DNA from: a virus
Taxonomy: Duplodnaviria > Caudoviricetes
Reading direction: 5' to 3' (one strand)
DNA: 64,000 nucleotides
IMG/VR virus record: IMGVR_UViG_2934156241_000001
Location: 1 to 64,000 of that record
Part shown: piece after piece, positions 55,523 to 64,000 of the stretch
Position numbering within the stretch: position 1 is the stretch's first letter
Layout of the letters: every line of letters starts with the position of its first letter
Made by a program: the position numbers and the translations under genes
Notes under the pieces: model-generated
Seen by the model: the letters and a program-made list of their open reading frames with translations, nothing else
The model's database searches: none
What the model was told of the DNA's origin: nothing

Positions 55523-57140
55523 GATTGAGCGGCAGGTCCAGGCGCTGGTACGGGCGGGGGATGTCGCAGCCCTCCGCGCGCTGCGCGACCGGGTCAAGGC
55601 GCAGCGCTCCCGCGAGACCTCACGGCGTGCCTTGCGGTACATGCGGGACCCGGTGGGGTGGGCTCGTGACTGCCTCGACTGGAGCGACGGCCAGGGCCTG
55701 ACCGCCTACCAGGACGACGTCCTGTCTTCCCTGCCAACCCGTAAGCGGGTAGCCGTACGCGGCCCCCACGGGCTCGGCAAGACAGGCATGGCCGCGATCA
55801 CTGTCCTGTGGTTCGCCACTACCCGCGAGGCCGCCGGCATCGACTGGAAGGTCATCACCACGGCGTCCGCGTGGCGTCACCTCGCAGTGTTCCTCTTCCC
55901 CGAGATCCACAAGTGGGCCCGCCGGATCCGCTGGGACGTCCTCGGCCGAGACCCGTTCTCTGAGCGTACCGAGCTGCTCACTTTGAACCTCAAGCTCCAC
56001 CACGGCGCGGCCTCCGCTGTTGCCTCGAACAAGGCCGAGTTGATCGAGGGCGCACACGCGGACAGCCTGTTGTACCTGATCGATGAGGCCAAGATCGTCC
56101 CGGACGCCACGTGGGACGCCATCGAGGGCGCGTTCTCCGGCGGTCGCATGGATGGCCTGCCGGAGGCTTTCGCGCTGGCCATTTCCACACCGGGGCCGAC
56201 GACCGGCCGGTTCTACGACATCCACCGCCGCGCCCCAGGGCTGGAGGACTGGTACACCCGCCACGTCACCCTCCAGGAAGCCATTGACGCCGGCCGTATC
56301 AGCGAGGACTGGGCGCAGCAGCGCGCCCGGCAGTGGGGCAAGGACTCAGCCCTCTACGCGAACCGTGTGCTGGGGGAGTTCCGGGCCGCCGACGAGGACA
56401 GCGTCATCCCGCTCGCCTGGGTGGAGGCAGCCGTGGAACGGTGGCTTGCCTGGGACGCCGCTGGACGCCCCCCGGTGGAAGGGCGCCGCGTGCTGGGCGT
56501 GGACGTGGCACGGTCCGGCTCGGACTCCACCGTCCTGACCCACCGCACCGGCCTGTGCATCGCGGAGCTCGTCGCCCACGACCGGGAAGACACCATGCAG
56601 ACCACGGCCCGCGTCCAGGCCGCCGTGGGCGAGGACGGGGCTACCGGCATCGTGCCCGTGGTCGACAGCATCGGTGTCGGCGGCGGCGTCGTGGACCGCC
56701 TCCGCGAACTCCGCGTGCCCGTCCTGGCCTACACCGGGGCCGCGAAGACCAAGCGGAGGACTCGCGACCAGGAATGGGGCTTCACCAACGTGCGGTCGGC
56801 CGCGTACTGGAACGTGCGGGAACTTCTCGACCCCGCGTTCGCCCCGGAGCTGATGCTGCCGCCGGACGACCTGCTGCTCTCCGACCTGACGACACCAACG
56901 TGGGACGTGACCACCGGGGTACCGCCGAAGATCCAGGTGGAGCGGAAGGAGGACGTCGTCGCCCGCCTCGGCCGCTCCCCGGACCGGGGCGACTCCGTCG
57001 TCATGTCCCTGTGGGCCGAACACCTCGCCGCGTCCACGGTCCGCTCGCCGGCCTCCCGTACGGCAGGGGCCACAAGCGCGTCCGCAGCGCGGTACGGGCG
57101 CAGCATGGGCGCGAGTGCAGGGGGCGGTCGCACCCGGTGA
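55506..57140 (+). CDS. terL: Terminase large subunit
   Basis: GPHGLGKT Walker A; LIDEA Walker B; ISTP; GVDVARSGSD; SPDRGD. Confidence 0.95.
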   Translation: MATTDEIERQVQALVRAGDVAALRALRDRVKAQRSRETSRRALRYMRDPVGWARDCLDWSDGQGLTAYQDDVLSSLPTRKRVAVRGPHGLGKTGMAAITVLWFATTREAAGIDWKVITTASAWRHLAVFLFPEIHKWARRIRWDVLGRDPFSERTELLTLNLKLHHGAASAVASNKAELIEGAHADSLLYLIDEAKIVPDATWDAIEGAFSGGRMDGLPEAFALAISTPGPTTGRFYDIHRRAPGLEDWYTRHVTLQEAIDAGRISEDWAQQRARQWGKDSALYANRVLGEFRAADEDSVIPLAWVEAAVERWLAWDAAGRPPVEGRRVLGVDVARSGSDSTVLTHRTGLCIAELVAHDREDTMQTTARVQAAVGEDGATGIVPVVDSIGVGGGVVDRLRELRVPVLAYTGAAKTKRRTRDQEWGFTNVRSAAYWNVRELLDPAFAPELMLPPDDLLLSDLTTPTWDVTTGVPPKIQVERKEDVVARLGRSPDRGDSVVMSLWAEHLAASTVRSPASRTAGATSASAARYGRSMGASAGGGRTR

Positions 57141-57141
57141 T

Positions 57142-57185
57142 CACGAAACCCCCGCCGGACAGCTACGGACGGCGGGGGTTCGTGC
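57142..57185. terminator. Hairpin after terL
   Basis: CACGAAACCCCCGCCG...CGGCGGGGGTTCGTG. Confidence 0.65.
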
Positions 57186-57450
57186 AGGCAATTGCCTGGC
57201 CCACCATGAAGCTAGCAGCAGGATGGGGGGGCGCACGCAAACCGTGGCGCGCGCCTGGGAGGGGCCACCAGCGCCTCCGCAGCCCGGTACGGACGTAGCT
57301 TCGGTGGCGCCTCGACGTCCCGGCTGTGAGGCGGCGGGAGAGGGTATAGCCGCAGCTCAGAGGCCCTACGGAGCTAGAATGGATCTTGTTAAGGCCCCGG
57401 AGGTGCTCGAACACCCCCGGGGCGTGGCCGACGCTTGTAGGAGCGCCGAC

Positions 57451-58097
57451 ATGACCGACCGTATCTGTTCACTGCCCGACTGCGGGAAGCGGCACGTGGC
57501 TCGTGGCTACTGCCGTGGTCACTACGAGAATTCGCGGAGGACAGGGAACCCCATCGCCGTGCGGGTCTACGTCAAGGGGGGCGCACGTGCTCGTTCCCTG
57601 ACTGTGGCAGGCCGCACGACTGCCGCGACCTGTGCCGGGGGCACAACGCACAGAGGGACGCGGGCAAGGTGCTCGCCCCGCTCGCCGCCTACTGGAAGGC
57701 CAGCGACCGCGACGACCAGGGCCGCAAGCGATGCCGTACGTGCGCGACCTGGCAGACCGTGGACCAGTTCAACCGGAGGTCCACGACCTCTGACGGTCTG
57801 GACACCATCTGTCTCCGCTGCTGCCGCGACAACAAGATGCGGGTCAACTACGGGATCACGCTGGAGGCGTACCTCCGGATGCTGGAGGACCAGGGAGACG
57901 GCTGCGCGATCTGCGGCGGCACGAACCCGGGAGGCAAGGAGTTGGCGGTCGACCACGACCACCGGTGCTGTCCTGGCCGTAAGTCCTGCGGCGCCTGCGT
58001 CCGGGGCCTGTTGTGCTCGTCGTGCAACCTCGCCATCGGGATGCTCGGAGAGGACCCCGTGCGCCTCGACGCTGCGGCGTCCTACCTGCGCCGCTAG
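57451..58097 (+). pseudogene. Endonuclease VII-family gene, frameshifted in a G6 run (~57576-57581)
   Basis: CSLPDC...C..H repeat continues in another frame; YGIT...Q...CAIC, VDHDH, VRGLLC..CN..IG. Confidence 0.75.
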
Positions 58098-58246
58098 GAC
58101 TCCTCGGCCAGCAGCTCCGCCGGCACGAACGTCACACCCACGACGGGGAAGGCGGGGCCGGGGCCGTAGATCACGCCCTCCCGGCCCTCGTCGGTATCCA
58201 GCTCCACCAGCCGCAACACCTCGGCCGGGTCCTCGTGATCAGCCAT
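58094..58246 (-). CDS. 50-aa acidic protein (paralogue of 58290-58472)
   Basis: Translated by hand: MADHEDPAEVLRLVELDTDEGREGVIYGPGPAFPVVGVTFVPAELLAEES; TACCGT 6 nt before ATG. Confidence 0.65.
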   Translation of the reverse strand: MADHEDPAEVLRLVELDTDEGREGVIYGPGPAFPVVGVTFVPAELLAEES

Positions 58247-58289
58247 GCATCCACGGTAGGGGCCGGCCCACCACCGTGCCCGGGGGTGC

Positions 58290-58472
58290 CTACGGGTGGG
58301 GGAAGTCGAGCCCCGCCGGGATGAGCATGACGCCCTCGGAGGCGAACCCGGGGCCGTCGCCGTAGAACAGCATCTCGGCCCCGCCCTCGGCGGTCTCCAA
58401 CGTGACGTGCGCCGGCGTCGGACCGGGGCGCAGCGCGGCCAGCAACTCGGCGGCGATCTCTTCGCGGTTCAT
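58290..58472 (-). CDS. 60-aa acidic protein
   Basis: VTLETAEG...FYGDGPGF...GV..IPA; TACCCT 6 nt before ATG. Confidence 0.65.
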   Translation of the reverse strand: MNREEIAAELLAALRPGPTPAHVTLETAEGGAEMLFYGDGPGFASEGVMLIPAGLDFPHP

Positions 58473-58693
58473 CCCACGAGGGTAGGGCGCCGGTGGTCAC
58501 AGGTTGTGTGACCCTGCGCCGTCCGGACACTGCATCGGCATCACCACCGGCACCCAGACCCCGGACCCTACCCCCGGCCCATGATCTGAATTGCCCTGCT
58601 GACCTGGGCATTTGCCGTCCGGCGAGCACTCCCAGAGGTGGCCTATGATGCTCCGCCGAAACCGGAGGATGACATTCCGCACCTGGGGGCGCC

Positions 58694-59032
58694 TTGATCC
58701 AGCTCACCGAACTCGCACTGCTCGGCCTCGCCGGCTACCGGGCAACCCAGCTCGCAGTCCACGACACGATCCTCGACCCCGCCCGCGACCGCCTCCACGA
58801 ATGGCACGAGGCCCGACCAACCTCCCGCAGCCGGGAGTTCGTCATCACGCTCATCTCGTGCGTGTACTGCATGGGGTGGTGGATCAGCGGGGCCATCCTC
58901 GCCACGTACCTGCTGGCCACCGACCAGTTCGACGGGACACCGCTCCTCGTCCACGGCATCGAGTGGCTGGCCGTCGCCGGGGCCGCCGTCTTCACCAACC
59001 GCGTCGATGACACCCTCGGGCGCCTCGCGTGA
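58694..59032 (+). CDS. DUF1360-family membrane protein
   Basis: LAGYRATQLAVHDTI..P.R...LISCVYCMGWW. Confidence 0.85.
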   Translation: MIQLTELALLGLAGYRATQLAVHDTILDPARDRLHEWHEARPTSRSREFVITLISCVYCMGWWISGAILATYLLATDQFDGTPLLVHGIEWLAVAGAAVFTNRVDDTLGRLA

Positions 59033-60726
59033 CACGCAAGGAGCTCGTGGCCGCGGCAACGCGGTACTCCGTGAGCACGACCAAGGGCGCCACCCAATCC
59101 GGGAGCCAGGGCGACCAGGCACGCGCCTGGAGCTTCTACCGCACCCCGGAGGTTCGTTCCTTCGCGAACTGGATCGGGAACGCGATGAGCGGCGCCCTGC
59201 TCTACGCCGGCCGGGCCACGGGCGGTACCGAGATCGAACGCGTCCCGGACGACCACCCAGCAGCGCAGATCGTCGCGGAGATCGCGGGAGGCCCCCAGGG
59301 ACAGGCGCAGCTCCTGCGCGAGTACGGGCGGCACCTCGCCGTCGCGGGGGAGGGCTGGACCGTCATCCAGCCCTCCGAGAACCGGGCCCCGGACTGGCAC
59401 GTCGTGTCCGTACTGGAGATGAACCGCAAGGGCACCAACATGGTGGCCACGATCAACGGGGAGCCGGTCCCCATCCCGGCCACGGAACCCGGCGAGAGCA
59501 CACCGGAGCTGGCCCCGATCGCGATCCGGGTATGGGACCCCAGCCCCGAGATCTACATGAACGCGGACTCCCCAGTCCTCGGGGCCCTCACCGAGCTGGA
59601 AGAACTGCGCCTGCTCAGCGCCGCTGTCCGGGCCGTCACCCTGTCCCGCCTCACCGGGCGGGGCGTCCTCGTCGTCCCCAAGGGAACCCGGTTCCCCACC
59701 ACCGGCGTCCAGGGCGATGCCGAGGACGACTTGATCGACGTGTTCCTCCAGGTCGCGGAGACCGCGATCCGCGAGCCGGACAGCGCCGCGGCCACCGTCC
59801 CGATCATCCTGGAGGTGCCGGCCGAGATGGTCGGCTCCATCCAGCGCCTGACCTTTGAGTCTGACTTCGACGAGCTCGCGATCAAGCTGCGCGAGGAGAA
59901 CATCCGCCGCTTCGCGACCGCCGCAGACATCCCCGCCGAATTCCTCCTCGGCCTCGGCGACGTCAACCACTGGGGCGTGTGGGGTCTAACTCAGGAGGCC
60001 GTGCGCCTCGGGATCGAACCCCGCCTCCAGATCGTCGCCCACGCCTACAGCCGCTACTGGCTCCAGCCCCTCCTGGAAAGCCAGGGAGTAGCCGACGCAG
60101 CCGAGTTCGTCGTGGGAGCTGACACCTCTCCGCTGCGCGTTCGTACGAACCGATCCCAGACCGCGCTGGAGGTGTTCGACCGAGGCGCGATCAGCGGCCG
60201 GGCCCTGCGACGCGAAACCGGATTCGACGAGAGCGATGCCCCCACCCCCGAAGAGACCGCCAAGCGCGGACGCGAAGAGACGCCGAGCGGCGGAACGGAG
60301 ACACTGCCCGTGGACGAGACGACCACCGACCCCGACACCCTCCCGGCCTCTGCAACCCCACCCCCGCCGAGCGCCGGCCTGGTCGCCGCCGCCGACGGCC
60401 TGATCTGGGCCGCCCTCTCCGCCGCCGGGGAGAAGCTGCGCCGCACCCCGGCCTGCCCCCGCTCCCAACGCGCCCAGGCCCGCGAGGTCCAGTCCGCCGA
60501 ACTCCACACCCTCCTCCGGGTCGAGGCCGTCCAGGTCGAGCAGTGGCGCCTCCTGGACGGCGCCTGGTCCCGTATCCCCGAGGTCGCCGGCCGCTACGGC
60601 ATGGACCCGGAATGCCTGACAACCAGCCTGGACACCTACTGCCGGGAACTGATCGCCGCCGGCGTCGTCCACAGCTACGACGTCGTACCGGCCGCGATCA
60701 GCACCTGCACCGGGGTCGCGGCATGA
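59029..60726 (+). CDS. Portal protein
   Basis: Size and position after terL; AW.FY..PEV, RVWDP.P...ADSP, DIP.E.LLG.G..NHW. Confidence 0.85.
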   Translation: MTRKELVAAATRYSVSTTKGATQSGSQGDQARAWSFYRTPEVRSFANWIGNAMSGALLYAGRATGGTEIERVPDDHPAAQIVAEIAGGPQGQAQLLREYGRHLAVAGEGWTVIQPSENRAPDWHVVSVLEMNRKGTNMVATINGEPVPIPATEPGESTPELAPIAIRVWDPSPEIYMNADSPVLGALTELEELRLLSAAVRAVTLSRLTGRGVLVVPKGTRFPTTGVQGDAEDDLIDVFLQVAETAIREPDSAAATVPIILEVPAEMVGSIQRLTFESDFDELAIKLREENIRRFATAADIPAEFLLGLGDVNHWGVWGLTQEAVRLGIEPRLQIVAHAYSRYWLQPLLESQGVADAAEFVVGADTSPLRVRTNRSQTALEVFDRGAISGRALRRETGFDESDAPTPEETAKRGREETPSGGTETLPVDETTTDPDTLPASATPPPPSAGLVAAADGLIWAALSAAGEKLRRTPACPRSQRAQAREVQSAELHTLLRVEAVQVEQWRLLDGAWSRIPEVAGRYGMDPECLTTSLDTYCRELIAAGVVHSYDVVPAAISTCTGVAA

Positions 60727-60962
60727 CCGGCGAGGAGCAGCCACAGACCACCGCCCCACCGGCCCGCAGCCTGCCCCTGCCCGTCCCCCTGGTCCCCGGG
60801 GCGGACTGGCGCGTCGAGTGGTGCACGGCGTGCAAAGCCTGGTCCCGGCTCACCGGCAGCATCGTGCTCCTCACCCCCGACGGGGTGTCCACCGTCGGCA
60901 CCTGGGCCTGGTGCGAGATCTGCGACGACCCCACCGACCAGCCGGAGGCCCGCCGTGGGTAA
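60723..60962 (+). CDS. Small Zn-ribbon protein
   Basis: ATGA coupling; CTAC...CEIC. Confidence 0.65.
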   Translation: MTGEEQPQTTAPPARSLPLPVPLVPGADWRVEWCTACKAWSRLTGSIVLLTPDGVSTVGTWAWCEICDDPTDQPEARRG

Positions 60963-61314
60963 ACCCCTCGACCCGCGCATCGCGCCCATCGGACACAGCG
61001 TCTCCGCTCACCGGGCACACGGCTGGTGCTCCCACTGCCCAGACCACACTCCTGTCGGCGAGGTGATCGCCTGGCGGACCCGCGAGGCCAACCAGCAGGC
61101 CGCGAGACACGAGGCAGCGGTACACACGAGCCCCTGGGGTCTGGAGGCCAGCAGCGTGTCCGGCCTGCGCTGCCCGGCGTGCGGCCTCGACGACCTGACC
61201 GTCGTGACCGTCCACGTCGTCACCGACAACGGCCAGGAGGAGGCCGGCGGGTGGGCCGTCTGCGGGACCTGCCTGACCACCCCCTACCCACGATGGGAGG
61301 GCCCCCGTGGCTGA
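60955..61314 (+). CDS. Small Zn-binding protein
   Basis: GGAGG RBS; CSHC, CPAC, CGTC. Confidence 0.65.
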   Translation: MGKPLDPRIAPIGHSVSAHRAHGWCSHCPDHTPVGEVIAWRTREANQQAARHEAAVHTSPWGLEASSVSGLRCPACGLDDLTVVTVHVVTDNGQEEAGGWAVCGTCLTTPYPRWEGPRG

Positions 61315-64000
61315 CGGACAGGACATCCTTGCCGTAGCCGAGGAAGACGTCGCCGCGGAGGTCGCAGGCATCCTCACCGAGGTGGCCACGGAGTACGCGG
61401 ACTCCTTGGAGACGGCCACCGACCTGGTCGCGGCCCGGTTCTCCGTGGCCCGTATCGCGTCCATGTGGAGCGCCCTCGTGCCGCGCCTGGTGCGCCGCCT
61501 CCTGGGCGTGGGAGAGACCGCTGCCACCACGGCGGCCGACGACGTCGACCTGGAGCTGCCGGACGGCTGGAACGGCCTCCCCGACCGCTATGACGACGGC
61601 ACGATCCCTCCGCAGCTCCGTGGCTACGTCCGGGACACCGAGCGCCTGCTCCACAGCGTCGGCGACCGCCTCGCCGCCGTGGCCATCCGTGAACTCGGGG
61701 CCGGTGTGGACGCGGGGGAAACCATCGACCAGCTGCGGGCCCGGCTCCTCGCCGTGTTCGCGCGCGAGGGGGCGCAGCTCGGGCAGGGCCGGCAGGAGCG
61801 CATCGCCCGCACGGAAGCCGTCCGCGCGTGGAACGCCGCCACCCTGGCCGCCGGCCAGGCCCTCACCGGCCCAGACCGCCCCCTGGTCAAACAGTGGCTC
61901 ACCAGCCGGGACAGATTCGTACGGGACGCCCACGCGAAGGTTGACGGCCAGCTGCGCCTGCTCGACGAGCCGTTCACCGTCGCCGGGGTGTCCATGACCG
62001 CCCCCGGCGATCCGACAGCCCCGCCCGAACTGGTCATTCAGTGCCGCTGCACCCTGGCGCTTGCCCACGCGGAGCGGGCCGCAGCCTTCGAATCTCAGAC
62101 GCCCGTCGGGCGGCAACTTAACGATCCAAGGAAGGAGCCGGGTATGGCTGACCTCGTGACGGCCGCCGCTGACAGCACCCAGCACACCGGCGCGATGATC
62201 GCGCTCGTCCCGACCGAGCAGGACGCCGAGCGCCTGGCCATCGAGGGCGGCGAGACCGCCGGCGAACTGCACCTGACCCTCTTCTACCTCGGAGAGGGCG
62301 CCGACTGGTCCGAGGAGCAGCGCAACGACCTGATCAGCAGAGTCCAGGCACGCGCCGCCGACCTGCGCCCCTTCACCACCCAGGCATTCGGCGCCTCCCA
62401 CTGGAACGCCGGCAGCGACAGCCCCTCATGGGTGTGGTCCGTCGGAGACGACCGAGACCGCGACACGGACGCAACCACGCTGTCCGTCGCCCACTGGGAA
62501 GCCACCTACGCCCTGGAAGACGGCCACAACGACCCGGACCTCCCCACCCAACACACCCCCTGGGTGGCCCACGTATGTGCCGCGTACTCCGACGACCCTG
62601 CCCTTCTGCCGGAGCTGGAGGCGCGGCTCGGCCCCATCACCTTCGACCGGGTCCGCCTGGCGTTCGCCGGCGAGCACACGGACATCCCCCTCGGCCCCCA
62701 GGAGGAGCCCATGGAACCCGACGAGACCACCGCCGACGGCATGCCGACCCGCGCCTGGTCCACCCCCGACGACACCGCCCTCGCGTTCGAGAACGAAGAG
62801 ACCGGCGACGGCAGGATCTTCGCGTCCGGCTCCCTGTACTGGGACAACGACCCGGCCCCGCTCCAGTACGCCGACGAAATGCTCATGGGCCACGAGGGCG
62901 CGGAACTCGCCGGCAGCATCGACGGGTTCGCCCGGGACGGCGACCGCATCACCGGTAAGGGCGTGCTCTACACCAGCCGCCCCGCCGGAGCCGACGCCGC
63001 GACGCTCCTCGAGGAAGGCGCACCCCTCGGCGTGTCCGTCGACCTGGACGACGTCGACGTCGAATTCGTCGACCGCACCATCGGCGAGGACCAGGACGGG
63101 CCCGTGGTCCTGTCCGCGTCCCTGCCATCCGCGAGCGTCATGCGCCTGGCGGACGGGGCATGGATGATCAACGCCAGTGCCGTCGCGGAGTGGACGGCAT
63201 CCGGCAGCGCCCTGTCCCGGACACGGCACTCCATGCAGCTCATCACCAGCCCCACCGGACACGTGCCCGCCCAGGCCGTGCGCGCGGCGCTCGACAGCAC
63301 CGGGCTGCTCACCGCAGCAGCCGGAGACCCGGACAACGTCGAGGGCGGCGTCGTCGTCCACTCCGAGAAGACCGGCGACTTCCTGCTCCGGATCACCAGG
63401 GGGCGGGTGCGCGGAGCGACGCTCGTCGCGATGCCGGCGTACAGCCGTGCCCGCATCGTCCTGGACCCCACCGACGAGGGGGTAGAGGAACGCGCCGCGG
63501 CCATGACCACGGTGGCCGCCCTGATCGCCGCGTCCCCAGGTGATGACCACTGGCGCGTCGTCAACTACGTGACCGCGTCCCCTGTCGCGGTCGGCGCCCG
63601 GGACGTGGCCGCCGCCCTGAAGATCTCGATGCAGGCAGCGCGCGGCCACCTGACCCGGGCAGCAGAGGCCGGCCCTCTCGTGCACCTCGGCCGCGGCCTG
63701 CACGTCGGCTCGACCCCCCGCCCGGAAGGGGACGAGGTGACAGCTGCAGCCCTCCCGGCGGACGACGAGGACCCGGCGCTCCAGGACCTCGTCGCGTCGG
63801 CCTGGACGGCGATGCAGGACCTGCCGCCAATGCCCGCCGGCTGGTTCAAGGAGCCCACCGACGAGGAACTGCCCCCCGGCTCCGGCGGCGTGCACTACTC
63901 CAAGGGCCGCGTCTACGGGTGGGTCGTCCCGTCCGGAGAACCTCACGCCGGGATGCCTGGGAGGAACCTGACGATCGAGTCGCTGGGAGACGTCGACTTC
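61307..64000 (+). CDS. Head polyprotein: MuF + 2H phosphoesterase + maturation protease-like domain (truncated by window end)
   Basis: Read by hand: IARTE, KQW...D..VRDAH..VDGQ, PGDP..IQCRC; ELHLTL..LG and WVAHVC; TGDGR, GHEG, GVSVD. Confidence 0.85.
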   Translation, partial: MADGQDILAVAEEDVAAEVAGILTEVATEYADSLETATDLVAARFSVARIASMWSALVPRLVRRLLGVGETAATTAADDVDLELPDGWNGLPDRYDDGTIPPQLRGYVRDTERLLHSVGDRLAAVAIRELGAGVDAGETIDQLRARLLAVFAREGAQLGQGRQERIARTEAVRAWNAATLAAGQALTGPDRPLVKQWLTSRDRFVRDAHAKVDGQLRLLDEPFTVAGVSMTAPGDPTAPPELVIQCRCTLALAHAERAAAFESQTPVGRQLNDPRKEPGMADLVTAAADSTQHTGAMIALVPTEQDAERLAIEGGETAGELHLTLFYLGEGADWSEEQRNDLISRVQARAADLRPFTTQAFGASHWNAGSDSPSWVWSVGDDRDRDTDATTLSVAHWEATYALEDGHNDPDLPTQHTPWVAHVCAAYSDDPALLPELEARLGPITFDRVRLAFAGEHTDIPLGPQEEPMEPDETTADGMPTRAWSTPDDTALAFENEETGDGRIFASGSLYWDNDPAPLQYADEMLMGHEGAELAGSIDGFARDGDRITGKGVLYTSRPAGADAATLLEEGAPLGVSVDLDDVDVEFVDRTIGEDQDGPVVLSASLPSASVMRLADGAWMINASAVAEWTASGSALSRTRHSMQLITSPTGHVPAQAVRAALDSTGLLTAAAGDPDNVEGGVVVHSEKTGDFLLRITRGRVRGATLVAMPAYSRARIVLDPTDEGVEERAAAMTTVAALIAASPGDDHWRVVNYVTASPVAVGARDVAAALKISMQAARGHLTRAAEAGPLVHLGRGLHVGSTPRPEGDEVTAAALPADDEDPALQDLVASAWTAMQDLPPMPAGWFKEPTDEELPPGSGGVHYSKGRVYGWVVPSGEPHAGMPGRNLTIESLGDVDF

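Larger units (their letters stand above)
952..64000. mobile_element. Temperate prophage (left part; continues beyond window)
   Basis: Repressor/Cro, recombination, replication, terminase, portal and head genes in phage order, starting at a tRNA 3' end. Confidence 0.92.

Noticed and set aside
57115-58365. 416-aa ORF as listed in the track
   Set aside because: Only the segment from 57451 to ~57580 is meaningful; it is the N-terminus of the frameshifted endonuclease VII gene

Overview
High-GC Streptomyces-type DNA. Positions 1-951 are host chromosome: a small YtxH-like membrane protein gene, two tRNA-Asn(GTT) genes and a tRNA(CAT), probably Ile2. The rest is the left part of a large temperate prophage, apparently integrated at the tRNA(CAT), that runs past the window end; no integrase is in view. 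Order along the window: repressor/Cro switch; early operon (YqaJ, RecT, DnaQ-like exonuclease, RusA, WhiB, Acb2/Tad1-like, Arr-like ADP-ribosyltransferase, replication initiator with internal iterons, RNA ligase-like, many small ORFs); an HTH regulator with a 25-bp palindrome facing a plasmid spd-like membrane operon; a ~16-kb array of transcription units whose promoters carry TTGCAA boxes on a 13-bp period, encoding domain-shuffled polyvalent proteins, a PP2C phosphatase, DUF3560 and NERD; three ParB-like paralogues plus a 7-deazaguanine cluster (DpdA-like, an extra T-fold protein, QueD, QueE, FolE; no QueC); terminase with flanking endonucleases; portal; and a MuF-2H phosphoesterase-protease polyprotein. 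Family calls are motif recognition by eye, not database searches.
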